A stretch of DNA of 64,000 nt. It comes from Polyangiales bacterium (GTDB lineage Bacteria > Myxococcota_A > Polyangia > Polyangiales > JADJQN01). Under the pieces are notes generated by a model. It did not search any database. It worked only from the letters and a program-made list of their open reading frames with translations, and was not told the origin of the DNA. The stretch covers positions 352,001 to 416,000 of the forward strand of contig CAXNJO010000001.1 in NCBI GenBank assembly GCA_964202905.1, in the 5' to 3' direction. Below, one piece after another: positions 46,695 through 55,366 of this stretch (position 1 is its first letter; each line of letters begins with the position of its first letter). The position numbers were made by a program, and so were the translations under genes.

Positions 46695-47677
46695 GCGGAG
46701 GCACCGCGCGCGCGGTCGCCCGCGCGAACATCGCGCTCGCGAAGTACTGGGGCAAGAGCGATGTCGCGCTCAACCTGCCCGCGGTGCCGAGCCTCTCGAT
46801 CACGCTCGACCCGCTCACGACGGAGACCACCGTCACGCTCGAGCGCGGCCTCGAGCGCGACGTGCTGGTCCTCGGCGGACGCGTCGCGGGGCCGACGGAA
46901 ACGGGCCGCGCCGCGCGCCTGCTCGACGGGCTCCGCGCCCGCAGCGGCGAGACGCGCTTCGCCCGCGTCGAGAGCGTCAACCACTTCCCGACGGCGAGCG
47001 GGCTCGCGTCGAGCGCCTCGGGTTTCGCCGCGCTCGCGGGCGCCGCGCAGGCCGCGATGGGCCTCGCGCTCGACGCCGCGGACATCAGCGCGATCGCGCG
47101 GCAGGCGAGCGCCTCGGCCGCGCGCAGCGTGTACGCGGGCTTCGTCGAGCTGCAGGCCGGGGTCCCCGGCGACGCGCGACTCGCCGCGCGGCCGCTGCAC
47201 CCGGCCGCGTTCTGGGACGTGCGCATCGTCGTGGCGGTCGCCGACGAGGGCCCCAAGGGGACGGGCTCGACCGACGGCATGGAGCACACGCGCCGGACCT
47301 CGCCGTACTACGACGCGTGGGTCGCCGCGGCGCCGGCGCTCGCGGACGCGGTGCGGGACGGACTCGCGGCGCGCGACCTGACGCGCGTCGGCGAGGCGAT
47401 GGAGCAGAGCACCCTCGCCTTCCACGCGTGCGCGATGGCCGCGGGCCCCGCGGTGCTCTACCTGCAGCCCGTGACCCTCGCCGCGCTCGCGACGGTGCGG
47501 AGGCTCCGCGCGGAGGGCGTGCCGGTCTACGCCACGATGGACGCGGGCCCCCACGTGAAGGCGCTCTGCGCGGCCGAGGATGCGCCGCGTGTCGCCGAGG
47601 CGCTCGGCGCGACCCCGGGCGTGCTGCGCACCCTGCTCGCCTCGCCGGGCAGCGGGCTCCTCGTGGACGATCGGTGA
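46691..47677 (+). CDS. mvaD: Diphosphomevalonate decarboxylase
   Basis: NIALAKYWGK, PTASGLASSASG, TMDAGPHVK; ATGA overlap with mvk. Confidence 0.95.
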   Translation: MSGGTARAVARANIALAKYWGKSDVALNLPAVPSLSITLDPLTTETTVTLERGLERDVLVLGGRVAGPTETGRAARLLDGLRARSGETRFARVESVNHFPTASGLASSASGFAALAGAAQAAMGLALDAADISAIARQASASAARSVYAGFVELQAGVPGDARLAARPLHPAAFWDVRIVVAVADEGPKGTGSTDGMEHTRRTSPYYDAWVAAAPALADAVRDGLAARDLTRVGEAMEQSTLAFHACAMAAGPAVLYLQPVTLAALATVRRLRAEGVPVYATMDAGPHVKALCAAEDAPRVAEALGATPGVLRTLLASPGSGLLVDDR

Positions 47678-47765
47678 TGTGTCTTGATCGATACTTCCCG
47701 CCGACGCGGGGACGTTTGGTGCATGGCGCTCGCATGACGGGATCCGCACGCAGCGGGGCGCGGCC

Positions 47766-48776
47766 ATGAGCACGCCGCGCGGCGCGAGCGCGCCCGGGAA
47801 GCTCATGATTTCGGGCGAGTACGTCGTGCTCGACGGCGCGGTCGCCGTCGTCGCGGCGGCGGATGCGCGGGCGCAGGTCTGGTGGCCTGGCGCCGCGGAA
47901 ACGTCGGGGATCCAGGCGCGGGGGACGGCGACGGGCGCGCTGCCCCCCGAGGTCGCCGCGACGCGCGTGATCGCGGAGGCGCAGCTTGGCGTGACGGCGA
48001 GCACGTCCGACGACCCACTGCGGCTCGATGTATCGGCGCTGAGACGCGGCGATCGCAAGCTCGGGCTGGGCTCCTCGGCGGCGGCCGCGGCGGCGACCGC
48101 GGGGGCCGTCTTCGCCCGCGCCGGGCGGTCCCTCGAGGACGCCGACACGCGGCGCGCGCTGCTCGAGATCGCGCTCGAGGGGCACCGGAGCGTCGCCCCC
48201 GAGGGCAGCGGCGCCGACGTCGCGGCCTCCGTGCTCGGCGGCCTGGTGCGCTTTCAGCGGGATCCGGCGAGCGGTGCGGTGCGCGAGGCCGCGTCTATCG
48301 CGCTGCCGCCCGGCGCGCACCTGCGCGTGGTTTGGACGGGCCGCGAGGCGCGGACGAGCGAGCTCGTGCGGCGCGTGCGGGCGCTCGCGGCGACGGCGCC
48401 GGGTCTGTACGCCCGGGCGATGGGCGCGCTCGGCGAGGCGGCGGCGCGGATGGCCGAGGCGTTCGTGCAGGCCGACGCGCGAGCGCTGTTGGAGGCGGTC
48501 GCCGCGCACCACGCCGCGATGGCCGCGCTCGGGGAGGCGGCCGGGGCGCCCATCGTCGAGGACGGGCTGCGGCGCGCGGCGACGCTCGCGGGCGCGCACG
48601 GCGGCGCCGCGAAGCCCTCGGGCGCGGGCGGCGGCGACGTCGCGCTGGCGTTCTTCGACGACGCCGCGGCCGCGGACGCGTTCGAGCAGGCGTGCGCGGC
48701 CCACGGCCTCGAGCCTGTCGACGTCGCGCTCGGCGCGCCGGGTGTCCGCGCGGAGCCCGCCGCGCCGCGCGGCTGA
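47766..48776 (+). CDS. Phosphomevalonate kinase
   Basis: APGKLMISGEYVVL, KLGLGSSAA, GSGADVAAS, KPSGAGGGD. Confidence 0.9.
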   Translation: MSTPRGASAPGKLMISGEYVVLDGAVAVVAAADARAQVWWPGAAETSGIQARGTATGALPPEVAATRVIAEAQLGVTASTSDDPLRLDVSALRRGDRKLGLGSSAAAAAATAGAVFARAGRSLEDADTRRALLEIALEGHRSVAPEGSGADVAASVLGGLVRFQRDPASGAVREAASIALPPGAHLRVVWTGREARTSELVRRVRALAATAPGLYARAMGALGEAAARMAEAFVQADARALLEAVAAHHAAMAALGEAAGAPIVEDGLRRAATLAGAHGGAAKPSGAGGGDVALAFFDDAAAADAFEQACAAHGLEPVDVALGAPGVRAEPAAPRG

Positions 48777-48917
48777 CGCGGAGCGTCACCGTTCACCCCG
48801 CGGGGCGCGCCGCTCGCTGCACGCGGACGACGGCTCGGCCCCCCCGTCGGGCGGCTCACCGAAAATCGCCCCCGGCTGCCGTGGTCGCCTGCTACCTCCG
48901 GCCCGAGACTTCGCCCC

Positions 48918-50222
48918 ATGACCAACTCGCGCTTGCCCGGGTTCTACAAGCTGTCCGTCGAAGAGCGCCGCCGCGTGGCCGCCGAGGCGCTCGGTGTCGA
49001 CGTCGCCGACCTCGCGCGGGCGCTCGGTGGCGGCGGCATGGACTGCGCCACCGCGGACAAATCCGTCGAGAACGTCATCGGCATGTACGCCCTGCCCTTC
49101 GCGGTCGGGCTGAACCTGCAGATCAACGGCCGCGATCACCTCGCGCCGATGGTCGTCGAGGAGCCGTCGGTGGTCGCCGCGGCCTCGAACGCGGCGCGCA
49201 TCGTGCGTGCTGGCGGCGGATTCCAGGCCGAGACCGACGCGCCGATCATGATCGCGCAGGTGCAGCTCGACGAGGTCCGTGACCCGGCCGCGGCCACCGC
49301 GGCCATCCTCGCCGAGCGCGCGACGATCCTCGCGGAGGCCGACGCCTCCGTGCCCGGGCTGGTCGCACGGGGCGGCGGCGCGCGGGACCTCGAGGTCCGC
49401 GACCTCGGCGACGGCATGCTCGTCGTGCACGTCCTCGTCGACTGCCGCGACGCGATGGGCGCGAACCTCGTGAACACCATCGCCGAGGAAGTCGCGCCGC
49501 GCATCGCGCACCTCGCCGGAGGCCGCATCGGGCTGCGCATCCTGTCGAACCTCGCCGACCGGCGCTGCGTGCGCGTGCGCGCATCGATCCCCGTCGAGGC
49601 GCTCGCGTTCGAGGGGCGCAGCGGCGAGAGCGTGCGCGACGGCATCGTGCGGGCGTCGCGCTTCGCCGAGAAGGATCCGTACCGCGCCGCGACGCACAAC
49701 AAGGGCGTCATGAACGGCGTCGACGCGGTGGTCATCGCGACGGGCAACGACTGGCGCGCGGTCGAGGCCGGCGCGCACGCCTACGCGGCGCGCAACGGGC
49801 GCTACGAGCCGCTCTGCACCTGGCGCGTCGGCGACGACGGCTCGCTCGTCGGCGAGCTCGCGATGCCCCTCTCGCTCGGCATCGTCGGCGGCCCGATCCG
49901 CATCCACGGCGGCGCGCGCCTCGGCCTCGCGATGACGGGCGTCGCGTCGGCGAGCGAGCTCGCGATGCTCGTCGGCTGCGTCGGCATGGCCTCGAACCTC
50001 GCCGCGCTGCGCGCGCTCGCGACGGACGGCATCCAGCGCGGCCACATGCTGCTGCACGCCCGCACGGTGGCGATCGCGGTCGGCGCGCGCGGACCGCAGG
50101 TCGAGGCCATCGCGGCCACCATCCACGCGCGCGGCAACGTCACGCTCGACGCCGCGCGCGAGGCGCTCTCCCGCCTGGTCGCGACGCAGGGCGACGCGGC
50201 GCTCACGCTCGGCGGCGAGTAG
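48918..50222 (+). CDS. mvaA: HMG-CoA reductase, class II
   Basis: ENVIG, EEPSVVAA, DAMGAN, THNKG, GNDWRA, GIQRGHM. Confidence 0.95.
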   Translation: MTNSRLPGFYKLSVEERRRVAAEALGVDVADLARALGGGGMDCATADKSVENVIGMYALPFAVGLNLQINGRDHLAPMVVEEPSVVAAASNAARIVRAGGGFQAETDAPIMIAQVQLDEVRDPAAATAAILAERATILAEADASVPGLVARGGGARDLEVRDLGDGMLVVHVLVDCRDAMGANLVNTIAEEVAPRIAHLAGGRIGLRILSNLADRRCVRVRASIPVEALAFEGRSGESVRDGIVRASRFAEKDPYRAATHNKGVMNGVDAVVIATGNDWRAVEAGAHAYAARNGRYEPLCTWRVGDDGSLVGELAMPLSLGIVGGPIRIHGGARLGLAMTGVASASELAMLVGCVGMASNLAALRALATDGIQRGHMLLHARTVAIAVGARGPQVEAIAATIHARGNVTLDAAREALSRLVATQGDAALTLGGE

Positions 50223-50423
50223 GCGCCGCGGTCCTGCGCATCGCCCATGCGACGGGCCTGAACGCCCGCGCGAAGTCAGACGCGTGCCCGTGACTCCGCG
50301 CGTCGACGCGGGCGCGCTCCACGGTGAATTTTCGCCTCGCCGCAAGCCCGCGCGGCGTGCGGTGCGGTGGGCGCGATGTAAGCTGCGCCCCGCTGCGCGA
50401 CGCGCGCGCGGGGGAGCCGACGC

Positions 50424-50984
50424 ATGCTGTTTTACGGATACGTGTTTGCGCTCATCGCCGGGGGCATCCTCCTCGGCGCCTCGGTTGTCCTCGGCGGGGG
50501 CGGGCACGACGCGGACGTGCACGCGCAGGGCGAGGTCCACGACGCGGACAGCGAGCTCGCGGCGAGCGCCTTCGGGGCGCTCTCGATGTTGGTGTCGCTT
50601 CGATTCTGGACGTTTTTTCTCGCGTTTTTCGGGCTCACGGGTGTGGTGCTCACGCTCTTCGAGCTCGCCCCCGCGTGGGTCACTGGGCTCGCGGCCGCCG
50701 GGATGGGCGCCGCGGCCGGGGTGGGCGCCGCGCTCGTCGTGCGCAAACTCTCCGGCCGCGACTCGAACAGCGCGGCGAGCTCGGCGGACTACGTCGGCAA
50801 GACGGCGCAGGTGATGGTGCCCGTCGGCCCCGCGCAGCTCGGCCGCGTGCGCCTCACGCTGAGGGGAAGCACGGTCGACGTCCTCGCCGCGACGGACGAC
50901 GCGCAGCCCTTCGCGACCGGCGAGGAGGTCCTCGTCGTCGAGATGGACGGAACGACGGCGCGCGTCGCGCGCCTCGAGCGTTAG
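50424..50984 (+). CDS. NfeD-like (YuaF/YqiJ-type) membrane protein with C-terminal OB fold
   Basis: TM helices, FLAFFGLTG, C-terminal VGKTAQV...GRVRL...GEEVLVV; directly upstream of flotillins. Confidence 0.85.
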   Translation: MLFYGYVFALIAGGILLGASVVLGGGGHDADVHAQGEVHDADSELAASAFGALSMLVSLRFWTFFLAFFGLTGVVLTLFELAPAWVTGLAAAGMGAAAGVGAALVVRKLSGRDSNSAASSADYVGKTAQVMVPVGPAQLGRVRLTLRGSTVDVLAATDDAQPFATGEEVLVVEMDGTTARVARLER

Positions 50985-51050
50985 GCGCGGGCACGGCCCG
51001 CAGGACTCCACGCGCGACCGGAGGGGTCGCGCTCGAAAGGGATCGACGCC

Positions 51051-52430
51051 ATGTCACAACCGTACAACCCCTACGGCGCGCCGTCTTCCGGCGTGCCCGA
51101 GATCCCCGAGGCGGGGGGCCTCGCTTCGTTCGTCGGGAGCGAGCAGACGCTCTGGGCCGTCGTCGCGATGGCCGTCGGCGTCGCCTTCGGGATTCTCCTG
51201 TTCGTCTGGATCGCGCGGCAATTCCTCTACATCGCGCGGCCCAATCAGGCGCTCATCTTCAGCGGCAAGAGCTACGAGTCCCCCGATGGCACGAAGCTCG
51301 GCTACCGCACCGTGACACAGGGTCGGCGCGCGTTTCGAATCCCGGTGCTCGAGCGCGTCGACACGATGGACATGCGCCTCGTGCCGATCGACGTGGTCGT
51401 GCAGAACGCCTACTCGATGGGGAACATCCCCTTGCAGATCCACGCGATCGCCAACGTGAAGATCAACGGCGATCCGCGCCTCCTGCCGAACGCGATCGAG
51501 CGCTTCCTCGGCCGCTCCATCCAGGAGGTGCAGACGGTCGCGCAGCAGACGCTCGAGGGCGCGCTCCGCGAGGTGCTCGCACGCATGACGCCCGAGGAAG
51601 TCAACGAAGACCGCCTCAAGTTCGCGGAGAACCTCGCGCACGCGGCCGAGGCCGACTTCGACAAGCTCGGCCTGCAGCTCGACACGCTGAAGATCCAGAA
51701 CGTCGCCGACGAGACGGGCTACCTCGACTCGCTCGGCCGCCCGCGCATCGCCGCCGCGCTCCGCGACGCGGAGAACGCCGAGAACCAGGCGATGCAGGAG
51801 ACCGCGCAGGCGCAGGCCACCGCGCAGCGACGCGCGGAGGTCGCGCGGGAGATCGGCGAGACCGCCGTCGCGCAGAAGCGCAACGAGGTGCGCCGCGTCA
51901 TGGCCGAGCTCGACGGCAACGCGACGGCCATCGAGCGCGAGGCGGAGGCCGCCGCGAAGACGGCGCGCGCCGAGGCGGAGAAAGACCTGCAAGCCATCCG
52001 CAACGAGCTCGAGCAGCGCCGCCTCCAGGCGGACGTCGTCATCCCCGCGGAGATCGAGCGGCAGGCGCGCGAGCTCCTCGCGAAGGGCGAGGCCGCGCCC
52101 ACCCTCGAGAACGGCGCCGCGCAGATCGAGGTGCTCCGCGCGATGAGCGACGCGTGGCGCTCCATGGGCGACAAGGCGAAGGAGCTCTACGTGATCCAGC
52201 ACCTCGACGAGATCGTGGGCACGGTGGTCACGCAGCTGCGCAACATCGAGGTCGGCGAGGTCAACGTGCTCGACCAAGGCGACGGGCGCGGGCTCTCGAG
52301 CTACGCGGCGAGCTACCCGCAGATGATCGCGGCGGTACTGCACGCGCTCCGCGAGACGACGGGCGTGGACGTCCCGGGGATCCTCGACGTCGATGGTCGG
52401 CGGGCCGACGCCGCGAAGGGGGGTGCGTGA
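51051..52430 (+). CDS. Flotillin/SPFH domain protein 1
   Basis: TM helix, PNQALIFSG, AIERFL, TLEGALR, LDTLKIQNV, Ala/Glu coiled coil. Confidence 0.92.
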   Translation: MSQPYNPYGAPSSGVPEIPEAGGLASFVGSEQTLWAVVAMAVGVAFGILLFVWIARQFLYIARPNQALIFSGKSYESPDGTKLGYRTVTQGRRAFRIPVLERVDTMDMRLVPIDVVVQNAYSMGNIPLQIHAIANVKINGDPRLLPNAIERFLGRSIQEVQTVAQQTLEGALREVLARMTPEEVNEDRLKFAENLAHAAEADFDKLGLQLDTLKIQNVADETGYLDSLGRPRIAAALRDAENAENQAMQETAQAQATAQRRAEVAREIGETAVAQKRNEVRRVMAELDGNATAIEREAEAAAKTARAEAEKDLQAIRNELEQRRLQADVVIPAEIERQARELLAKGEAAPTLENGAAQIEVLRAMSDAWRSMGDKAKELYVIQHLDEIVGTVVTQLRNIEVGEVNVLDQGDGRGLSSYAASYPQMIAAVLHALRETTGVDVPGILDVDGRRADAAKGGA

Positions 52431-53818
52431 TGGGAGCCCTCGTCGCGCTCGCGGCCATCGCGGCCGTCTGCTTCCTCACGATCCTGATGGTCGTGAAGAA
52501 CGTCCTTTACGTCTGCCAGCCCAACGAAGTGCTGATCTTCTCGGGGCGCCCGCGCACGACGGCGCAGGGCGTCGTCGGCTACCGCATCGTCAAGGGCGGC
52601 CGCACGTTGCGCGTGCCGCTGATCGAGGTCGTCGACCGCATGGACCTCACGAACATGACGATCGAGGTCTCGGTGCGCGGCGCGTATTCGAAGGGCGGGA
52701 TCCCGCTCTCGGTGCAGGGCGTCGCGAACATCAAGGTTCCGGGCGAAGAGCCGCTCATCCACAACACGCTGCAGCGCTTCCTCGGCTACACGCGCGCGCA
52801 GATCATGCAGGTCGCCCAGCAGACGCTCGAGGGCAACCTGCGCGGCGTCCTCGCGACGCTCACGCCCGAGCAGGTGAACACCGACAAGGAGGCGTTCGCG
52901 AGCAAGCTGACGGAAGAGGCCGAGCAGGACCTCTCCAAGATCGGCCTCGTGCTCGACACCCTCAAGATCCAGAACGTCACCGACGAGGTCGGCTACCTCA
53001 GCTCGATCGGGCGGATGCGCAGCGCGAAGGTACGCCTCGCAGCCGTCGTCGCGGAGTCCGAGGCGCAGGCCCAGACGGCCGAGCAGAAGTGGCAGAACAC
53101 GATGAACGCCGAGATCTCGAAGCTCGAGGCGCAGATCGCGGTCACGACGCAGCGCAACCATCGCCGCATCGTCGACGCGCAGTCGCGGCGCGAGGCGCTG
53201 ATCGCCGAGCAGCGCGCCGAGGTGCAGGCCGACATCGCGCAGGCGCAGGCCGAGGCGCAGCTGCAGCTCGCGCGCATCGAGCAGGTGAAGCTGCAGCTCC
53301 TCGCGGAGGTCGTGCAGCCCGCCGAGGCGCAGCGGCGGCGCGCGGAAGAGGCCGCGAAGGGCGCCGCAGCGACGATCGTCGAGCAGGGACGCGCGACCGC
53401 GAGCGTGCTCGCCGGGCTCGCGAAGCAGTACCAGGCGAGCGGCGCCGCCGGTCGCGACGTGCTGCTCATGCAGAAGCTGCTCCCGCTGATCGGCCGCCTC
53501 ACGCAGCCGCTCAGCGATCTGCGCGTCGACCGGCTCACGGTCATCGGCCCGGCGCCCGCAGGCGCGACGGGCGGCGACACGCCGCTCGCCACGAAGCTGC
53601 TCGGCGCGAGCGAGCAGATCCGCGCGGCGACCGGGCTCGACGTACCGAAGATGCTGAGGGAGCGCTTCGACGGCCCCGCGGGCACCGCCGGCTCCGCGAG
53701 GCCCGCGAGCAGCGCGCCCCGAACGCCGTCACCCGCCCCTGCAGCAGGCGTATCAACCCAGACACCTCCCGGTGGTTTCGCACCCTCGGGCGAGCGTGGC
53801 CCGGTGCGGCGGGGCTGA
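52430..53818 (+). CDS. Flotillin/SPFH domain protein 2
   Basis: TGATG coupling; PNEVLIFSG, TLEGNLRGVL, LDTLKIQNVTD, coiled coil. Confidence 0.92.
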   Translation: MGALVALAAIAAVCFLTILMVVKNVLYVCQPNEVLIFSGRPRTTAQGVVGYRIVKGGRTLRVPLIEVVDRMDLTNMTIEVSVRGAYSKGGIPLSVQGVANIKVPGEEPLIHNTLQRFLGYTRAQIMQVAQQTLEGNLRGVLATLTPEQVNTDKEAFASKLTEEAEQDLSKIGLVLDTLKIQNVTDEVGYLSSIGRMRSAKVRLAAVVAESEAQAQTAEQKWQNTMNAEISKLEAQIAVTTQRNHRRIVDAQSRREALIAEQRAEVQADIAQAQAEAQLQLARIEQVKLQLLAEVVQPAEAQRRRAEEAAKGAAATIVEQGRATASVLAGLAKQYQASGAAGRDVLLMQKLLPLIGRLTQPLSDLRVDRLTVIGPAPAGATGGDTPLATKLLGASEQIRAATGLDVPKMLRERFDGPAGTAGSARPASSAPRTPSPAPAAGVSTQTPPGGFAPSGERGPVRRG

Positions 53819-53830
53819 GCCCGGGCGGGC

Positions 53831-54418
53831 GTGCGGCTCACTCCTCGGACGCGCCGCGTGCTCCTGCTGAGCGTCGCCGCGCTCCTCGTCGCTTGGGGGC
53901 TCGGGGCGCTCGCGCTCGACGCGTACGGGAGACGCGCGGCGCCGTCGAGCGGGCAGTGGGACGCAATCGTCGTCGCGGGCTGCCGGGTGATGCCGGACGG
54001 TCGGCCGAGCCCGGCGCTCGAGCGGCGCGTCCGTGCGGCCGTCGCGCTCTGGAAGGCGGGGCGCGCGCCGCTCGTCGTGATGACGGGCGGCGTCGGCGAG
54101 CACCCACCTTCCGAAGCCGAGGCCGCCGCGCGACTCGCACACGCGCTCGGCGTGCCCGAGTCGGCGCTCGTGCGGGAATCGCAGTCGACGACGACGGCCG
54201 AAAACGCGCGCTTCGCGGCCCGCGTCGTCGACGCGCGGCGCGTGCTCATCGTGAGCGACACCTACCACGTGCTCCGCTGCGAGTGGCTCTTCGGCCGCCA
54301 CTTCGCCGAGGTGCGCGGCGTCGGGTCGACGCCCGAGCCGTGGCCGCGCGTCCGCTTCGCGCTGCGCGAGGTGGGCGCCGTGCTCGTCGAGGCCGCGCGC
54401 GCCGCTACGCGCCCATGA
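53831..54418 (+). CDS. YdcF/ElyC/SanA (DUF218) family protein
   Basis: DAIVVAG, TGG...SEA, ESQSTTTAENA, VSDTYH, REV. Confidence 0.88.
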   Translation: MRLTPRTRRVLLLSVAALLVAWGLGALALDAYGRRAAPSSGQWDAIVVAGCRVMPDGRPSPALERRVRAAVALWKAGRAPLVVMTGGVGEHPPSEAEAAARLAHALGVPESALVRESQSTTTAENARFAARVVDARRVLIVSDTYHVLRCEWLFGRHFAEVRGVGSTPEPWPRVRFALREVGAVLVEAARAATRP

Positions 54419-55223
54419 GCGCGCGCTTGCCGAGCGCGTCGATGGCCTTCGCGTAGAGCCACGGCGAGGCGCGTTTGAGGCGCCAGATCCAGCGCGAGTC
54501 GGCGTGCGGCAGCACGTAGAACGTGTCGCTCTCGACGGCGTCGAGCGCAATGCGCGCGATGTCGTCGGCCGACCACTTCGAGCGCTGCATCAGCTTCTCG
54601 GCGAACTTCGCCTTCTTCGCGTCGACGACCCCGCGCCCGCTCTTGACGATGTCGGTCGGGAAGAAGCTCGGGCAGAGGCAAGTCACACCGACGCCGCGCC
54701 CACGCACCTCGCCGACGAGCGTCTCCGAGAGCGAGATGACGCCGGCCTTGGTCACGTTGTAGGGCGCCATCCCGGGGACCGAGACGATGCCGGCCATCGA
54801 GGCGACGTTGAGGATGTGGCCCGAGCCGCGCGCGACCATCTCCGGCACGAAGCTGTGGCAGCCATGGATGACGCCGAAGAGATTGACCTCGAGCTGGAAG
54901 CGCCAGTCGGAGAGCGCGACCTCGCCGATCGGCCCCGAGACCGCGACGCCCGCGTTGTTGATGAGCAGATCCGTGCCGCCGAGCTCCGACTTCGCGAGCA
55001 CGGAGAGCGCCTCGAGCTCCTCGGGGCGCGTGACGTCGCAGCGCGCCGTGACGACGCGGCCGCCCGCCTCGCGCACGAGGCGCGCCGTCTCCTCGAGCCC
55101 CGCCGCGTTCACGTCCGAGAGCACGACGTGCGCCCCGCGACGCACAAGCTCGCGCGCGAACGCGCGCCCGAGTCCACTGCCCGCCCCCGTGACGACCGCC
55201 CGACTGTTGCCGTTGATCTTCAT
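54405..55223 (-). CDS. Short-chain dehydrogenase/reductase
   Basis: TGAGSGLG, NNAG, YNVTK. Confidence 0.92.
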   Translation of the reverse strand: MKINGNSRAVVTGAGSGLGRAFARELVRRGAHVVLSDVNAAGLEETARLVREAGGRVVTARCDVTRPEELEALSVLAKSELGGTDLLINNAGVAVSGPIGEVALSDWRFQLEVNLFGVIHGCHSFVPEMVARGSGHILNVASMAGIVSVPGMAPYNVTKAGVISLSETLVGEVRGRGVGVTCLCPSFFPTDIVKSGRGVVDAKKAKFAEKLMQRSKWSADDIARIALDAVESDTFYVLPHADSRWIWRLKRASPWLYAKAIDALGKRALMGA

Positions 55224-55366
55224 CCTGCCTCCTCGCGGCTGGCGCCGAGCATAACCGCGCACGCGCGCCGGCGGGCGACGATCGCGGCCCTGCACCGCGC
55301 GCGACCTGTGCGCGAAGTCCGCGCGCCGCCGGAGAACGCGGCCGCTTTCGGGTATCCTCGCGCATC

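Noticed and set aside
42359..50222. Sterol or carotenoid biosynthetic gene cluster
   Set aside because: No squalene/phytoene synthase, epoxidase or cyclase here; the desaturase family is broad and its substrate unknown
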